64,000 bases of DNA from Podarcis filfolensis. Taxonomy: Eukaryota. Positions 11,301 to 23,300 of the stretch are shown in pieces (the first letter of the stretch is position 1; the number at the start of each line of letters is the position of its first letter). Where the stretch lies: the NCBI GenBank assembly GCA_964270895.1, contig OZ185440.1; one strand, 5' to 3'. The notes beneath the pieces were generated by a model. That model saw nothing but the letters and a program-made list of their open reading frames with translations. It did no database searches and was not told the origin of the DNA. The position numbers and the translations under genes are program-made.

Positions 11301-14300
11301 CAACTGAATTAACAACAAAAGTTCTGCTCCGCTTCGAACCCTCTCCCGCAGTGCCCTGCCCATCAAAGAGCTCAATTACACAGCAGCTAATGTGCGATGC
11401 TGCCCTACTTTACTTGCTCTTGCCAGCCTGATTAGACTCGTGCACTAACAGACTTCCTTCTCCCTTTACCTGCCGAGCCCAGAGCCGTGGGATTCATTTA
11501 CAGAGCCAGTTTTCTAACAAAAGACGCAAAGAGGCACAAAGAGCACACACACTAACTCAATTGGCAGAAGTGTGAACACACATTCACAGTGGAGCTGAGG
11601 GGGGTATGGGGAGCAGGGAAGTATTAGGCAGGGGCAGGGAACCCAAGCTGGGCATGAGATCACGCTTAGCTCAAAAAAAACCCAAACCACCCTCACTACA
11701 ACCCTACAGGCAGGAGCAACTCAGAACAAGCAGCTAAAGAAAAGTACAAAGAACTCAAGCACAATTTCAAGTGGGAAAAGGGGACTTGAGCATGCAGGGA
11801 AAACTAGCCAAGCTAATGGCCTTCAAACACACCCTTTGGGCTTCCAAAAACCCAAGTATAACAAGGACTACCTGGAAGGGCATCGACTTTGGATACCTGC
11901 CTCTTTCCATTTCTGCCCTTTGCCCTTTTCTTACACAAGCAGAAAGTTGATCCCTGCACCACTGCTCAGTTTCCAGGATCAGGTCGGTGCTCCTTGATTT
12001 TTCAATAGGAAATACAGATATCAGCCTCTCTCAAAGGGCCACTTCCAAGTCATGAAGATACTGGGAGTAGGAAACAACTGGAAAAACTTCCCAGTTGCTT
12101 CCAGCCTCTGACCACTTAAATAATTTAGAGCAGATTCACATTACCAACTCGCAGGAGGATTATATCATGTAAAGCGTCTCTCTGCGTTGACAAATACTGC
12201 TGGGACACACCACCAAGGCTGCCAACCTCATGGACAATCACAGCATGGTTACAACCATCTTGTGAAAAACAATCAGCCTAAAATCAGGAAAGATGCAGCA
12301 CAGATAATCACATAAATCAGCCTCACCTACAAGTGAAGGGATCAACTGCAGTGGTAAGAGGGAAACAGATTTCTACTGGCTGCCAAGGTAAGCCAATCAG
12401 AGGCCTGGTTTCAGGTAGGCACTATCAGAATTCTCACGAGGATTAGTCATTACTACTACCCATAGTGCTCATCCCTTTGCAGTAGGTTCTCAGAACTTCA
12501 GACCAGAAACGGGGATTGTGAAGAATTCCCAAATCTGCAAAGAGCAGGCAGAGGTTCCCTTAGAGCAGGGTTTCCTAAACTTGGGCCTCAAGCTGCTTTT
12601 GGACTACAATTCCCATCACCCCTGACCATTGGTCCTGCTAGCTAGGGATGATGGGAGTTGTAGTCCAACAACAGTTTGGGAAACCCTGCCTTAGAGTATG
12701 TGGAAGTAGCCAGAATGAGATGTCTAATGGGATTCTGAAGGTGCCAACAAGGGTCAACAATAAAACATGGAAGATTAGATTCTTAACACATGGTACCCTG
12801 CTTAAGAGAACAGCATCTCCTCACAAGGCAACACTATTTCATTACATCCTGTTTTGAGGCTCTTCATGTATCCTTAGAAAATCTACCCACCTCACTATAT
12901 AGGTTTTCTAGCCAGTAGAACAACACTTGTATGGCTGAGATCTGGGGGGAAGCCATGTGATGCTTTCCATTCAGAATAAGCACCTTTCCTATCTGAAAGA
13001 GCTTTGTTAGGTTTCTAGCTCACTCCTCCCTGCTAATCACAACTCCAGATATGCTGTCTTCTATATACTAGTAGAAGGAAATAAGGAGGATCTCCTTCAT
13101 GTGTCAATCAGAGCTCCATCAATGACAAGCGAGGAAGGGCTGACAGCTGGACCCAGAGTCTTTAAACAGCCAGGATTATTGCCTTGCTATGTTTTGGCCT
13201 GATATATTGGCAGCTTCAAGAATAGGAAGGGACAGAAGCAGTCTGGATGGATTTAGATCTACCAATAGACCGCAGAAGAAATACGAGGCCAACTCAGGAG
13301 AAGCGGGACTGTTTTGAGTTTACTCGGCTTTAGAGAACATCAATTAAGCTTTCCTTTAATTTTGGGGGAGGATTTGGCCTGTGAACATGAAAGCTCCATT
13401 GGCTTCTTCAAGCAAGAGTATATTTTAATTTTACCGTCATTAAGAAAACGTTATGATTTATGCGGCTGCTGTCGAACTAATATCTTTAAAATTTAGCTGG
13501 CTAAGCCAATTCATCTTTAAGACTGATGAAGGTTGATTGCTCTCTATGCAAAATGTATTAAAACTAAATGAGGAGTCTATTACTCACAGGGCGCTGATAA
13601 TCTGTTAGGTAGGCTCCGTTAGCCTGGCTGTCTCAACGGCAGGGGAAGGCCCAATGCTCCACTCACCTCGGCAGCCAAAAGCACAGGCAGTTAAGAAGAG
13701 CAGGAATTCTCAAATCTTGCAAAATTTTAGGTGCAATCAAGTTTGACAGAACTCTAAGGCTACAAAATGCAGGACTCTGATAAACGGTGCTGGTTTTGGC
13801 TACCACGAGGACCTATTCCCCTGGCTATGTGTGGTGTTTTCCTCAAGCAGGACCTGTGACTAAAACTGTTGATGTTCTATGCTCTTTTCTGCTTGCTTCA
13901 GAGACCTATCTAGGTTCAGGAGTGAGATTCAGCACTATTTGCCCACAAAGAGATCTGGGTAACCCAACGCCTGTAACAGAAGTGCCTTTCTGACACGACA
14001 GTGCCTGTGACAGAGCTCACTAAAGTTCCTCTAATCCAGGAGTCCCAAGTTATTGCCCTAATAATGTGCAGGAAGGACGTTTCCCTGCATTAAGAGTCCA
14101 CATTCCGCATCAGCCCTTCATCAGAGATCCCGCTACACTGGATAAGAAGAGATACAGCTTCATTCCCAACTCTGTCAATTAATCCTTTCTGCTTCAAAAG
14201 GATGCTTGTATCAATTTATGAGCAAAACTGGGGATGTCAATAGTAACATGTTGGTACATGTACTGAAGGCTGATATAAAACCAAGTATGAAGTTGATATT

Positions 14301-17300
14301 AGTAGCATGTGCAGTTTTGTTCCTACGCACACTTCTCCATTTCCTTCCCAGACAAGTCTTGCATGGATCTTTAATGGGGGCAGATTAATGAAATAATCCA
14401 GCTGTTTAGCATTGCTCTTTGACTGGATAGTGCTGGAAACAAAACATTGGGATGAGCTGAAGGTACTTTCTACCACCTTTGGTGGACGTGCCCAAGGATC
14501 AAGGCCTTCTGGGAAACGATTTATAATGAAATGAAAAAGGTGCTTAAATGCACTTTCGTGAAGAAACCAGAAGCCTTCCTCCTGGGCATGGTAGGTCAAT
14601 TGGTGTCAAGGAAAGATAGGACGTTTTTTATGTATGCTACAACAGCAGCAAGAGTACTCTTAGCAAAGTATTGGAAGACACAAGAACTACCCACACTGGA
14701 AGAATGGCAGACCAAGGTGATCGACTACATGGGACTGGCGGAGATGACTGGCAGAATCCGTGACCAAGGGAAAGAGACGGTGGAAGAAGATTGGAAGAAA
14801 TTTAAAGTTTATCTTAAGAATTGTTGTAAAATTAATGAATGTTAAAATGTCTTGGGTAACGCAAAATAGAATTGCAGTGACAAACAATTGGATATGAGAA
14901 AAAAGATTTAAAGAAAGTGCTATAAGAAATTGAAATTAGGGGTTGCTGGAATGATTTAAAACAGGGATGCAGAAAGGGGAGGTATGGGGAAGTCGCTGAA
15001 AGAAGGTCTAAGGAAAGAAAGGTTAAGAAATTATACGTGTTTATATGTTTGTTTGTTTATGTATTGTGTTGTATTGTCTTTTAATATGTGTTGAAAAACC
15101 AATAAAAAATTTATAAAAAAACAAAACAAAACATTGGGATGAGGCACAGGGCTGAATCAGTTTGACAAAGATGCTTCCGAAAAATGCTGGTGGCCATTAG
15201 CCACCTAGATGGAATCTGCAGGCTACATATCTGAAATAACCATTCTGTATCTTGCAACACATCTCAGCTCAAAATGGCAACACTGCATGCTGGGACTTAT
15301 GGCAGATTGAAAGCCTTCAGGAGCCACATTAGATTAAAGGTGGCCAATCACAACCTGCTGTTTTCCACTAGGCAATAAAGTGCTTCCCTTAGCACCCCAC
15401 TGCAACACTGGAGAAAGTTCATTGTTAAGCAAGTGCAATGGAAGGATTCTTGAAAAGCATGTAGTGTCAGGCCCTCCCTCTCTGTAACAATCTATTAGAA
15501 TTATTTATTATTACTAAAGTCCCCAAATAATCATATCTCAAAAAATGGATTGCTCACATTGAAGAAGTGATTAGCTGGAATTTTTGAGGTTAATATATCT
15601 TGGATTCTCCCGTCTTCTGACAACCTCTCCCTGCAGCCCTCTTTGCAACGCCAGCTTGTGCTTATAATTATGCCAGCATCACTTTTGATTTAGGGACTCT
15701 GAGCCTTTGTCCTCGCTATAAACAACCAGTAAATGCATGAACTGTGCAGAAAGAGAAAAATAAATAAAAGGGCAACACACCAATATATGAATCAAGGCCA
15801 CGTGACTGGAAGAAGAGAGCAAGTTTGCAGAGGGGCAAGTAGGTGGGACTTTCTCCCTGAACCACCAATGAGACTGGCAGGGAGCAGACTAGTAAACAAC
15901 CTCCTGGTTGCCAGAGTAAGACAATGAACCAATACAGGCAAGAATATTCACGCCTGGCACACTTCCAAGCCCTCTTTTATTTTTAAAAAGCAGTAAAACA
16001 AAAAATATGTTCTTACACCAACAAAGACAACTAAAAAGGAGAAGAGAGGTAAATCAGTCAGTTGTTTAAAACCTAAAAAGTTTGAGTAAACAGGTACACC
16101 TCACTTGCTGTTCACGTGGTCACACTGTAGGTGCCTAACATAGCTGTGGGTGGGGAACCTCAGGCCTGGGGCCAAATGAAACCCTCTAGGCTTCTCTGGC
16201 CGAACCTCAGGACTCTCCCCAGGCAAAACCCATCACAGGCCCTGCTTCATACCCTTTGCCTGGCTGGAATGTGTCCTTGAACTCTGAGAATGCCTCTTGC
16301 TTGTCTTGACAGAGAATAGCAGTGTGGGTGTGTCAGTGTGTGTAGAAACTAGTTTATGGTATAAAAGACAACATTTACATTTGTTGCTTGGCTCACATTT
16401 GTCTCTAGCCTCATTTGCCACTGGCATGTGGCCCTCAAGAAGCTTTCACAGACGGGAATGCAACCCTTTGTCTTTATGAAGGTTTGCCACATCTGCTGTT
16501 AATAAGTGAAAACTCCACAAATAGGATGCCACCACAAAGAAGGCTCCGACTTGTCCTGCACAGCTAGTACATTTCTTCATGGGTTTTGCTACTGAAGAAC
16601 TTGTGCTTACATTCTATGCCACAATGATCAAGGATCCTACCAGACACTGTAAGAATATGTGTAAGCATGTGTGTAAGGGCTATTATGAGCGTATTATTTA
16701 AACCATTACCATTTTCCTTAAGCCTGCTCAGAACACTGATTGAGATACATTTAGGTCTCATAAAATTCTGCAAGGAGAGTGCCATCACATCTGAGCTCAA
16801 CTGAAGTCCATGGTCCAATTGCAAAGCATTCAAACAAAAGTGCCAGACTCTTGCAGCAACAGGTATCAGAAAAATCTGTCTTCTTTTTTCTACAGCTTCC
16901 AATCAGGCACTAGAAACATCCCTGGAACTAGAGCTTTTTTATTTCCTGTTAATTGCTCAAGCCCTGAATTGCTTTCTTTTTCACTCACAGAAATGTCCAA
17001 ACTGGCTTTAAATTCCACGCTATGGTCACCCTAGAGAAGTGAGCTCATCCTCTGTTGTATTTAAATCTGATCAAAGGGCAGATTTTTGTCTGCCACTCTT
17101 CAAGGTTTATTGTAAAACAATAATCTACTAAATGCATACCATCAGCCATTTTTATGCTGTCCTAGATTTCCTGTAACCATATCTAAAGATTCACATGCAG
17201 AGCATGATCCACTTTGGGTTCTGAGCCAGCGGCTCTGGAATCAATGGGCATTACACACAAATACTGTACTGCTGTGCAACTTCAACTCATCTCAGTGAGG

Positions 17301-20300
17301 GTTGCACAGAAAGGCATTCCTGATGGGTTTCCACCTCCATCCTCAACTCGCAAGATAGAGAGAACTTTTCTTCACCATGTCTTTTAGGAATAAGACACAG
17401 ACCAAAGGATTTCAATTAAAAGCATTTAGATTTAAGTCATCCATTAGGAAAGGTTTTCCTAACTGTCAGATCACTACAGCAATGGAACAGGCTGCCCAAG
17501 GAGGTTGTGAAATCACCTTCTCAAGCTCCGACTGAGTAATTTCCTTTGAAGGATAAAGCGAGCAGCGATACATACATTACCCAGATAAGAGGGAACCATC
17601 AAATTGTCCAGGAGCATTAGGATATTTTCCATATGGGTTTCCCTTCCTTTATGTGACCAAACATCCTCTTGGCATTTTTCAGTCACAGCTGCAGGTTGAG
17701 TAGAGTTCTTCCTTTAGTATTTGATTGTTCACAGCTATGCAAAGTATTTACGCTTTTCAGCTGTTCTTTCCTTTATGTGGATTCTAGGTTATTTTTGAAA
17801 TGACAGCTCACTTTTAAGGAAATTCTTTCACTCACAGCTGCATTTTACTATACGCAAATCACAGGAAGGTTGACTCTGATTGGGGACCAAATTCTTCCAA
17901 GATTACGCTGCAAAAATTACTTCCAGGCTGTGTTAAGCAATCTGGCACATGCCTAGAAGTAATTCTGGCAAATAATGGGCTCTAACAAAACTTAACACCT
18001 TACTACATGGGTACATGCCCCAAACCCAATATTCTGAAAGGACCAGAAGCCTTTCAATGTCCAACCTTCTGCCTAGAGCTAAATCTCAGAAGTGCACCAT
18101 AGGCAGAATTAATAAATATATATACAAATATTATTAGCAAAACTAGTAATTCAGGTATCAGGTATTTGTTTATTTAAAGATTTACATTCCACCTGGCAGG
18201 ACAATTGTCCTCCCAAGGCAGCATATAAAACCAGTAATAGAACATATGCATTCAATCATATAATTAAGTCATTTAAAGTTAGCAGTAAAAGACAACTATT
18301 TTTTTAAAAAAGAATTTAAAAAGATGATTAAAATAAGAACATCTTAAGGATCCTTTTCTGAAAGCAAGTAAAAGTCACTTCATGGGCGGGGGTCATATTC
18401 TGTAACTATGGGATCACCACTAAAAAGGCCCTTTTCTTGATACCCATAACCTCTGATCTACAGTTCAGAAAATATGGTGTCCATAACTTATCATAAAGCT
18501 CAGGCAGTCTGATGCAGGTACAGGCAGTCCTTCACATAACCTGAACTTAGGACTTCAATCGCTAAAGCCAGCACTTTAAATTTGGCCCCAAATGCAGGGG
18601 GTAAGTGGGTGCACACACACTTGCACATTCATACGAAACCTTCATTGCCCATTTGGTGCATTTGTGATCAGGAGCTTTAGCTTATGAAATCTCATCTTTC
18701 AATTAATCAAGGGTGACAGCCATTTGTGGCATCACACTTGCACGACAAAAACTTCTGCTTACCCTTCCTTTCCTCCTTCTGCAATCTCCCCAAATTCCCT
18801 CCAGAGAGCTGGGAGACCCTTTGGTGCAGATGGGGAGGAGGGGAAATCCTATCCACTGGCATGACAGTATTACACAAGCCCCACATTTTTTTAAAACCAG
18901 TCTCCCATAAGTAAAAGATCTGAGAACCAACGCAGTACTGGACATACTGATGAAGGGTTAGAAGAATACTTCTGAGTCGTATTGCTTCAGCGCTCAATAT
19001 CTGTTAGTAAAACAGAGATGACATTCAAATCACACTTTCCGCCCATCTTGCCACGTGCTCCATGTCCCAAGCTATTATCTCACACATTTGTGTAGTGGAG
19101 TCTAGCTCTGCACGCTGTTACTACATGAATGTGTCAGTAAAAGCAACAAGAACACTTCATCTTTCTAACCATTGGAAGTCTTTTCCCATCGTGGCAACAT
19201 ACAATTTCCGGCTAATAAGAAGGTGCTGATTACCATCAGCTTATCTCACCAAAATGCCTTGCAGCACAGTCAATACTAAAGAGATAAATTATTAATTGTT
19301 CCAAGTAATTAAATTTATCAAATCCAAATAAATATTACTGGTATTTTATGTAACTGCTTTCAAGGCTCGGCCTCTGAAGGGACAGTATTGATCAAGCGAA
19401 GAAAGACAGATGTTTCCCCCGTTAGCAGCTGATGAGGTCTGGCTCTGCATTAATGTCAGAGAGAAGGCGCATGGCCAAGGGCCTCTGGTGAAGAGTAAAC
19501 AGGCAGCGCACACAACCGCTTCACAGCGAAACAAATCAAATATTGAGAACATGCATTTAATATATACACATACCTAAGCCGCCCCCCTCCCTCGTGCCAA
19601 GCTTTGACCAAAATACTCGTTTATCTTGAATGCGTAGTACAATCCTAGCCCCCACCCCAGCCCCGTGCTCCGAGAAAGCAAGCACCACAGTAGATTGTAC
19701 CTCATTAATCAGTGCTAAAAAAGTGCTCAGTTGGCTAGTAAATATTTAAAAGCCAGTGAGGGTGGATGTGTGAATCAATGGGAATGAAAGCTCCCTCTCC
19801 CCCTATTTCTTTTTAATTGGTCTGACCACCAATTTGTCTACAAGATCCTAGTTAGCAGGTAACAAGTAAAACTGCCGGCTGGAAGCCTTTCTTGGTGGAA
19901 AGTGTCCAGCTGTGAACTAAACAATTGCGCCACAGCATCTCCCAGTGCGCTCCCTGGCTCTGAGGCTGCAAAGAACTTTCTTTTATCCTACTGTTTTTGC
20001 CTCATTATCAAAGACTTAGCAGTCTAGAGTCCAGACCTCTTGCCTCATCCCATAGACTCAGGGCAAGAGCCCCAAAGCAGAATCCAAACACACACCTATT
20101 CCTTGCCAATGTTCTCTTTAGCGAGGGGGATAGGGTAGCAAGAAAACGTATCAACAAAATTGCCTGACAAAATGTATATTAACACAGAGAGAATATTAAG
20201 GTTAAATATAAAAGAAGTCCACATTCAGAGAGAACACAAATTTAAAGCCTTCATTCTATTCTAAGCTGGCAGCATGAAAGTCTCCAGGAATAAATTAATT

Positions 20301-23300
20301 TCTCCCCCAAAAAAGTGAGGGGAGATATGAAATTTGTGCACACATTTCAAATTCACTGGCACACAATATATTTGAATCATACAAAACTGCCCCTTTTTCA
20401 AAGTGACTACTACACCCCACTCTTCCCAAGAGGTCTAGATTGAGGAAGGGAAGATTGCTTTCGTTCAATTCTTTAAGGACTACAATGATCAGGTTTGGTC
20501 TTTTGAAAACCAAATTCAGCTGTTAATTTCTGATAATTAATTGTAGAAGCAAAAGATCTGTATAGAACTTGTAGTGATAACTGCTTTTCCCCCCTTCAAA
20601 TTTCTCTAAACTCCTGATTGCCAGCACTTGGTTACTCTGCAAGCTTTAAAAGACTATTATCGAATTAAGGAAATTATCAGGAGTAGGAAAGAATACAGGA
20701 CATTATCAGGGCACTTCCAAACAAATCTGTTAATTTGTAAGATCTTCATTAAGCCAGAACTGGGGGAGCACTGGTTTTTTAATGATATTCAAGCAAATCG
20801 TTTCCCTCACTATTATGCAGAAAACATCACGTTGATCTTAGATACAAAGCTGCCCCTTGCTTCTCCATTGCAACGAACTGCAGAAGAAAATCTGAACAAG
20901 CTGTTTAGAAAGAGGACTTAATCCAGGCAGTTAACAAATCCTCTCCCGATTGCTCCCCAGGGCTTCCATGTCTGCTCACCTTTGCGTATGTCACACTGCA
21001 CACCATCTCCAAACCTTGTCAATCAAAAACAGAGGTGGGAGTGCTGACACCAAAGCACATACTGGCAGAAATAACAGCCCAATAAAGCCAGCTTTTTCCA
21101 ATCCAGACCAACACTTAGAATCACAATCACTTGCAGAAGCTTTGGAAATGCCACACAAATATTGGTAAAGCCTCCAGACTCCATGAGTGCCAGCAGCATA
21201 GAGAAAACTATTAACCCTTGAAGACAGAGGCCCAATTAAGAGATTATGGATATAGCATGGCTGCAGGAACACCTGGGCACTAGTGCACTGGTGTTAACTT
21301 AGCATTTTATCCCCCCATTCTATGCAATTCTGCCCTGTGAATCTTGCCAGCGAAGCAAAGGATCCAATTACAAAGCAATGGCAGCCGGGCTACACTCCTA
21401 ATGCAAGAACTGGGACCTCAGACAAGGTTAAATGAGTGGTCAAAGGTCAATTTTCATCACCCAATATCCTTTCACCCAGTGATTCCCTAGCCAAAACAAT
21501 GTTGATATTTAATGCCAACATAGCCCAGTAATGGAGGTAGATTTACCAATGACCAGTCTTGGCATATGACTATGGTCTTAAATTTTAGGCATCTCAAGAT
21601 CTTTGAAGGGGGGGAAATGGTCCTGGGCAAAAGACAAACTCTGTTAATGAAGTACTTCTAATAATATAGAACATGAGAAACCCTTGCTAGTGGATGGGTT
21701 TTTTAATCTTTAGTTTTATAGTTGCATGAAAATAACCAAAAATATAAAATCTTGCTTACGATGTTGAGCATAAAATGAAGCTGATAAAGATGGTACAGGT
21801 TTGAGTTCAGAAGGAGGGACTCAAATAATTAATAGTCTAGGATCTCTGCAAAACTAAACCCGCAAAACTAAACCCAGGCCCGCCCAATAAGCCAAAGTCC
21901 CCGTCCATGCTGGAGTATGATGAAGACTGTGGAAAACCTGGTGACCTTGCCAGAACATTTCACTTCAATGCTTTGGCCTGATTGAGACCGTTGTTTCAAA
22001 CGAAAGTCTCATGCACTCTCCCATCTTTCCTTTTTTTCTTTTTGAAAGGGGAGAAACTACAGTTTCCTCAGGTTTGGACAAAACAAGAAATTGCTTTCAA
22101 TCTCCTCTCCTCACTTGCAAAGAGGTGGGAAGACCATGTAAACCCAAGGCTCATGCTCAAAGCAAACAAACCATGGTTTGTTATTAAGGCTGAACCAAGC
22201 GATAGCCACTCACCTCCCTGCTGCTGCTGCTCCAAGTAGCATTCCAACGCATATCCCAAAGTTACACCAATTAACCTACTGTCAGCAACAGACTTCTCAT
22301 ATATGCACTGTAGCCAATTCGCTCTTCCTACTGTATTAGGAGTTCTAAGACATGTCATACAGCAAAGCCACAACCCTGACAACCCCATCAGTGATTAGCT
22401 TGCTCAGTAACAAGGAAGGGATCTGATCTGCAACCACTTGCTCAAGAACCTTGTCCAAGGAGGGGAGCTTGACAACTGGCTGGTAGTTACTTAGATTTTC
22501 CGAATCCAGGGAGGGTTTCTTGAGGAATGATTTCACCATTGCCTCCTTCAAGAAGGCAGGGACCACCTCATCTTGCAAGGAGGCAGTAATCACCTGCCTG
22601 GCCCAGCCAGCCATCCCCTCCCTGTTAGTTTTTATCAGCCAAGGGGAGCAAGAGTCCAGAGCGCAAATGGTCACCCTGATCAATCCAAGCACCTTGTCCA
22701 CATCAAGCCTTCCAAACTAAAACTCATCCAACACAACAGGTCTAGACAGTGCTCAGGATATTGAAATTCATATGTTGTACTCGTGAACTCAAGATCCTAC
22801 CAGCAGATGCAGGTGATTTTGTCCTCAAAATGCTTTGCAAACAAGTCACAGTAAGCTACCATTGGTTCTATCACCTCCTTCAGGCCAGAATGCAAGAAGC
22901 TCTGCCTGACAGTTCAACAGGGATACAATGGAGACAGCAAAGTATGCCTTCTTTGCTGCCTTCACTGCCACTGCGTAGGCTCAATGATGAGCCCTCACCA
23001 GTGTTCAGCTGCATTCAACTGGAGTTTTCCTCCACTCACATTCAAGCTATCTCCCATCTTGTTTCCTTGCCCTAAGCTCTGGAGTATAACAGGGAGCCAA
23101 GCAAGCTCCACAAAGCAGGTACAATCATGTCAATAGCCCGAGCCATTCAGATGTTCCAGAGGTTGGCCGAGGCTTTGACAAGAGCACCAGTCATATCAGC
23201 TGGAAAATACCCCAGCGCTGACTGGAAACCCATTGGATCCATCAGCCTCTGAGGGTGGACCATCCTAATAGATCCCCTGCCTCTGCACAGGGGAAAAGGT

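Noticed and set aside
14237-14599. 120-aa minus-strand ORF
   Set aside because: Crosses the L1 insertion junction antisense to ORF2; a chance ORF.
16860-16897. + strand gtatca...tcttcttttttctacag donor/acceptor pair
   Set aside because: Only about 33 nt apart, too short for a vertebrate intron, with no coding context.
20628-20921. 97-aa + strand ORF (LVTLQALKDYYRIKEIIRS...) preceded by a pyrimidine tract and AG
   Set aside because: Starts at TTG, has no recognisable domain or downstream donor, and is antisense within a DMAP1 intron; the length is expected by chance.
22208-22280. Strong minus-strand donor GAG|GTGAGT after a (CAG)n run in intron 8
   Set aside because: The nearest upstream acceptor lacks a polypyrimidine tract, and GAG is not a recursive-splice YAG; no support for an exon.
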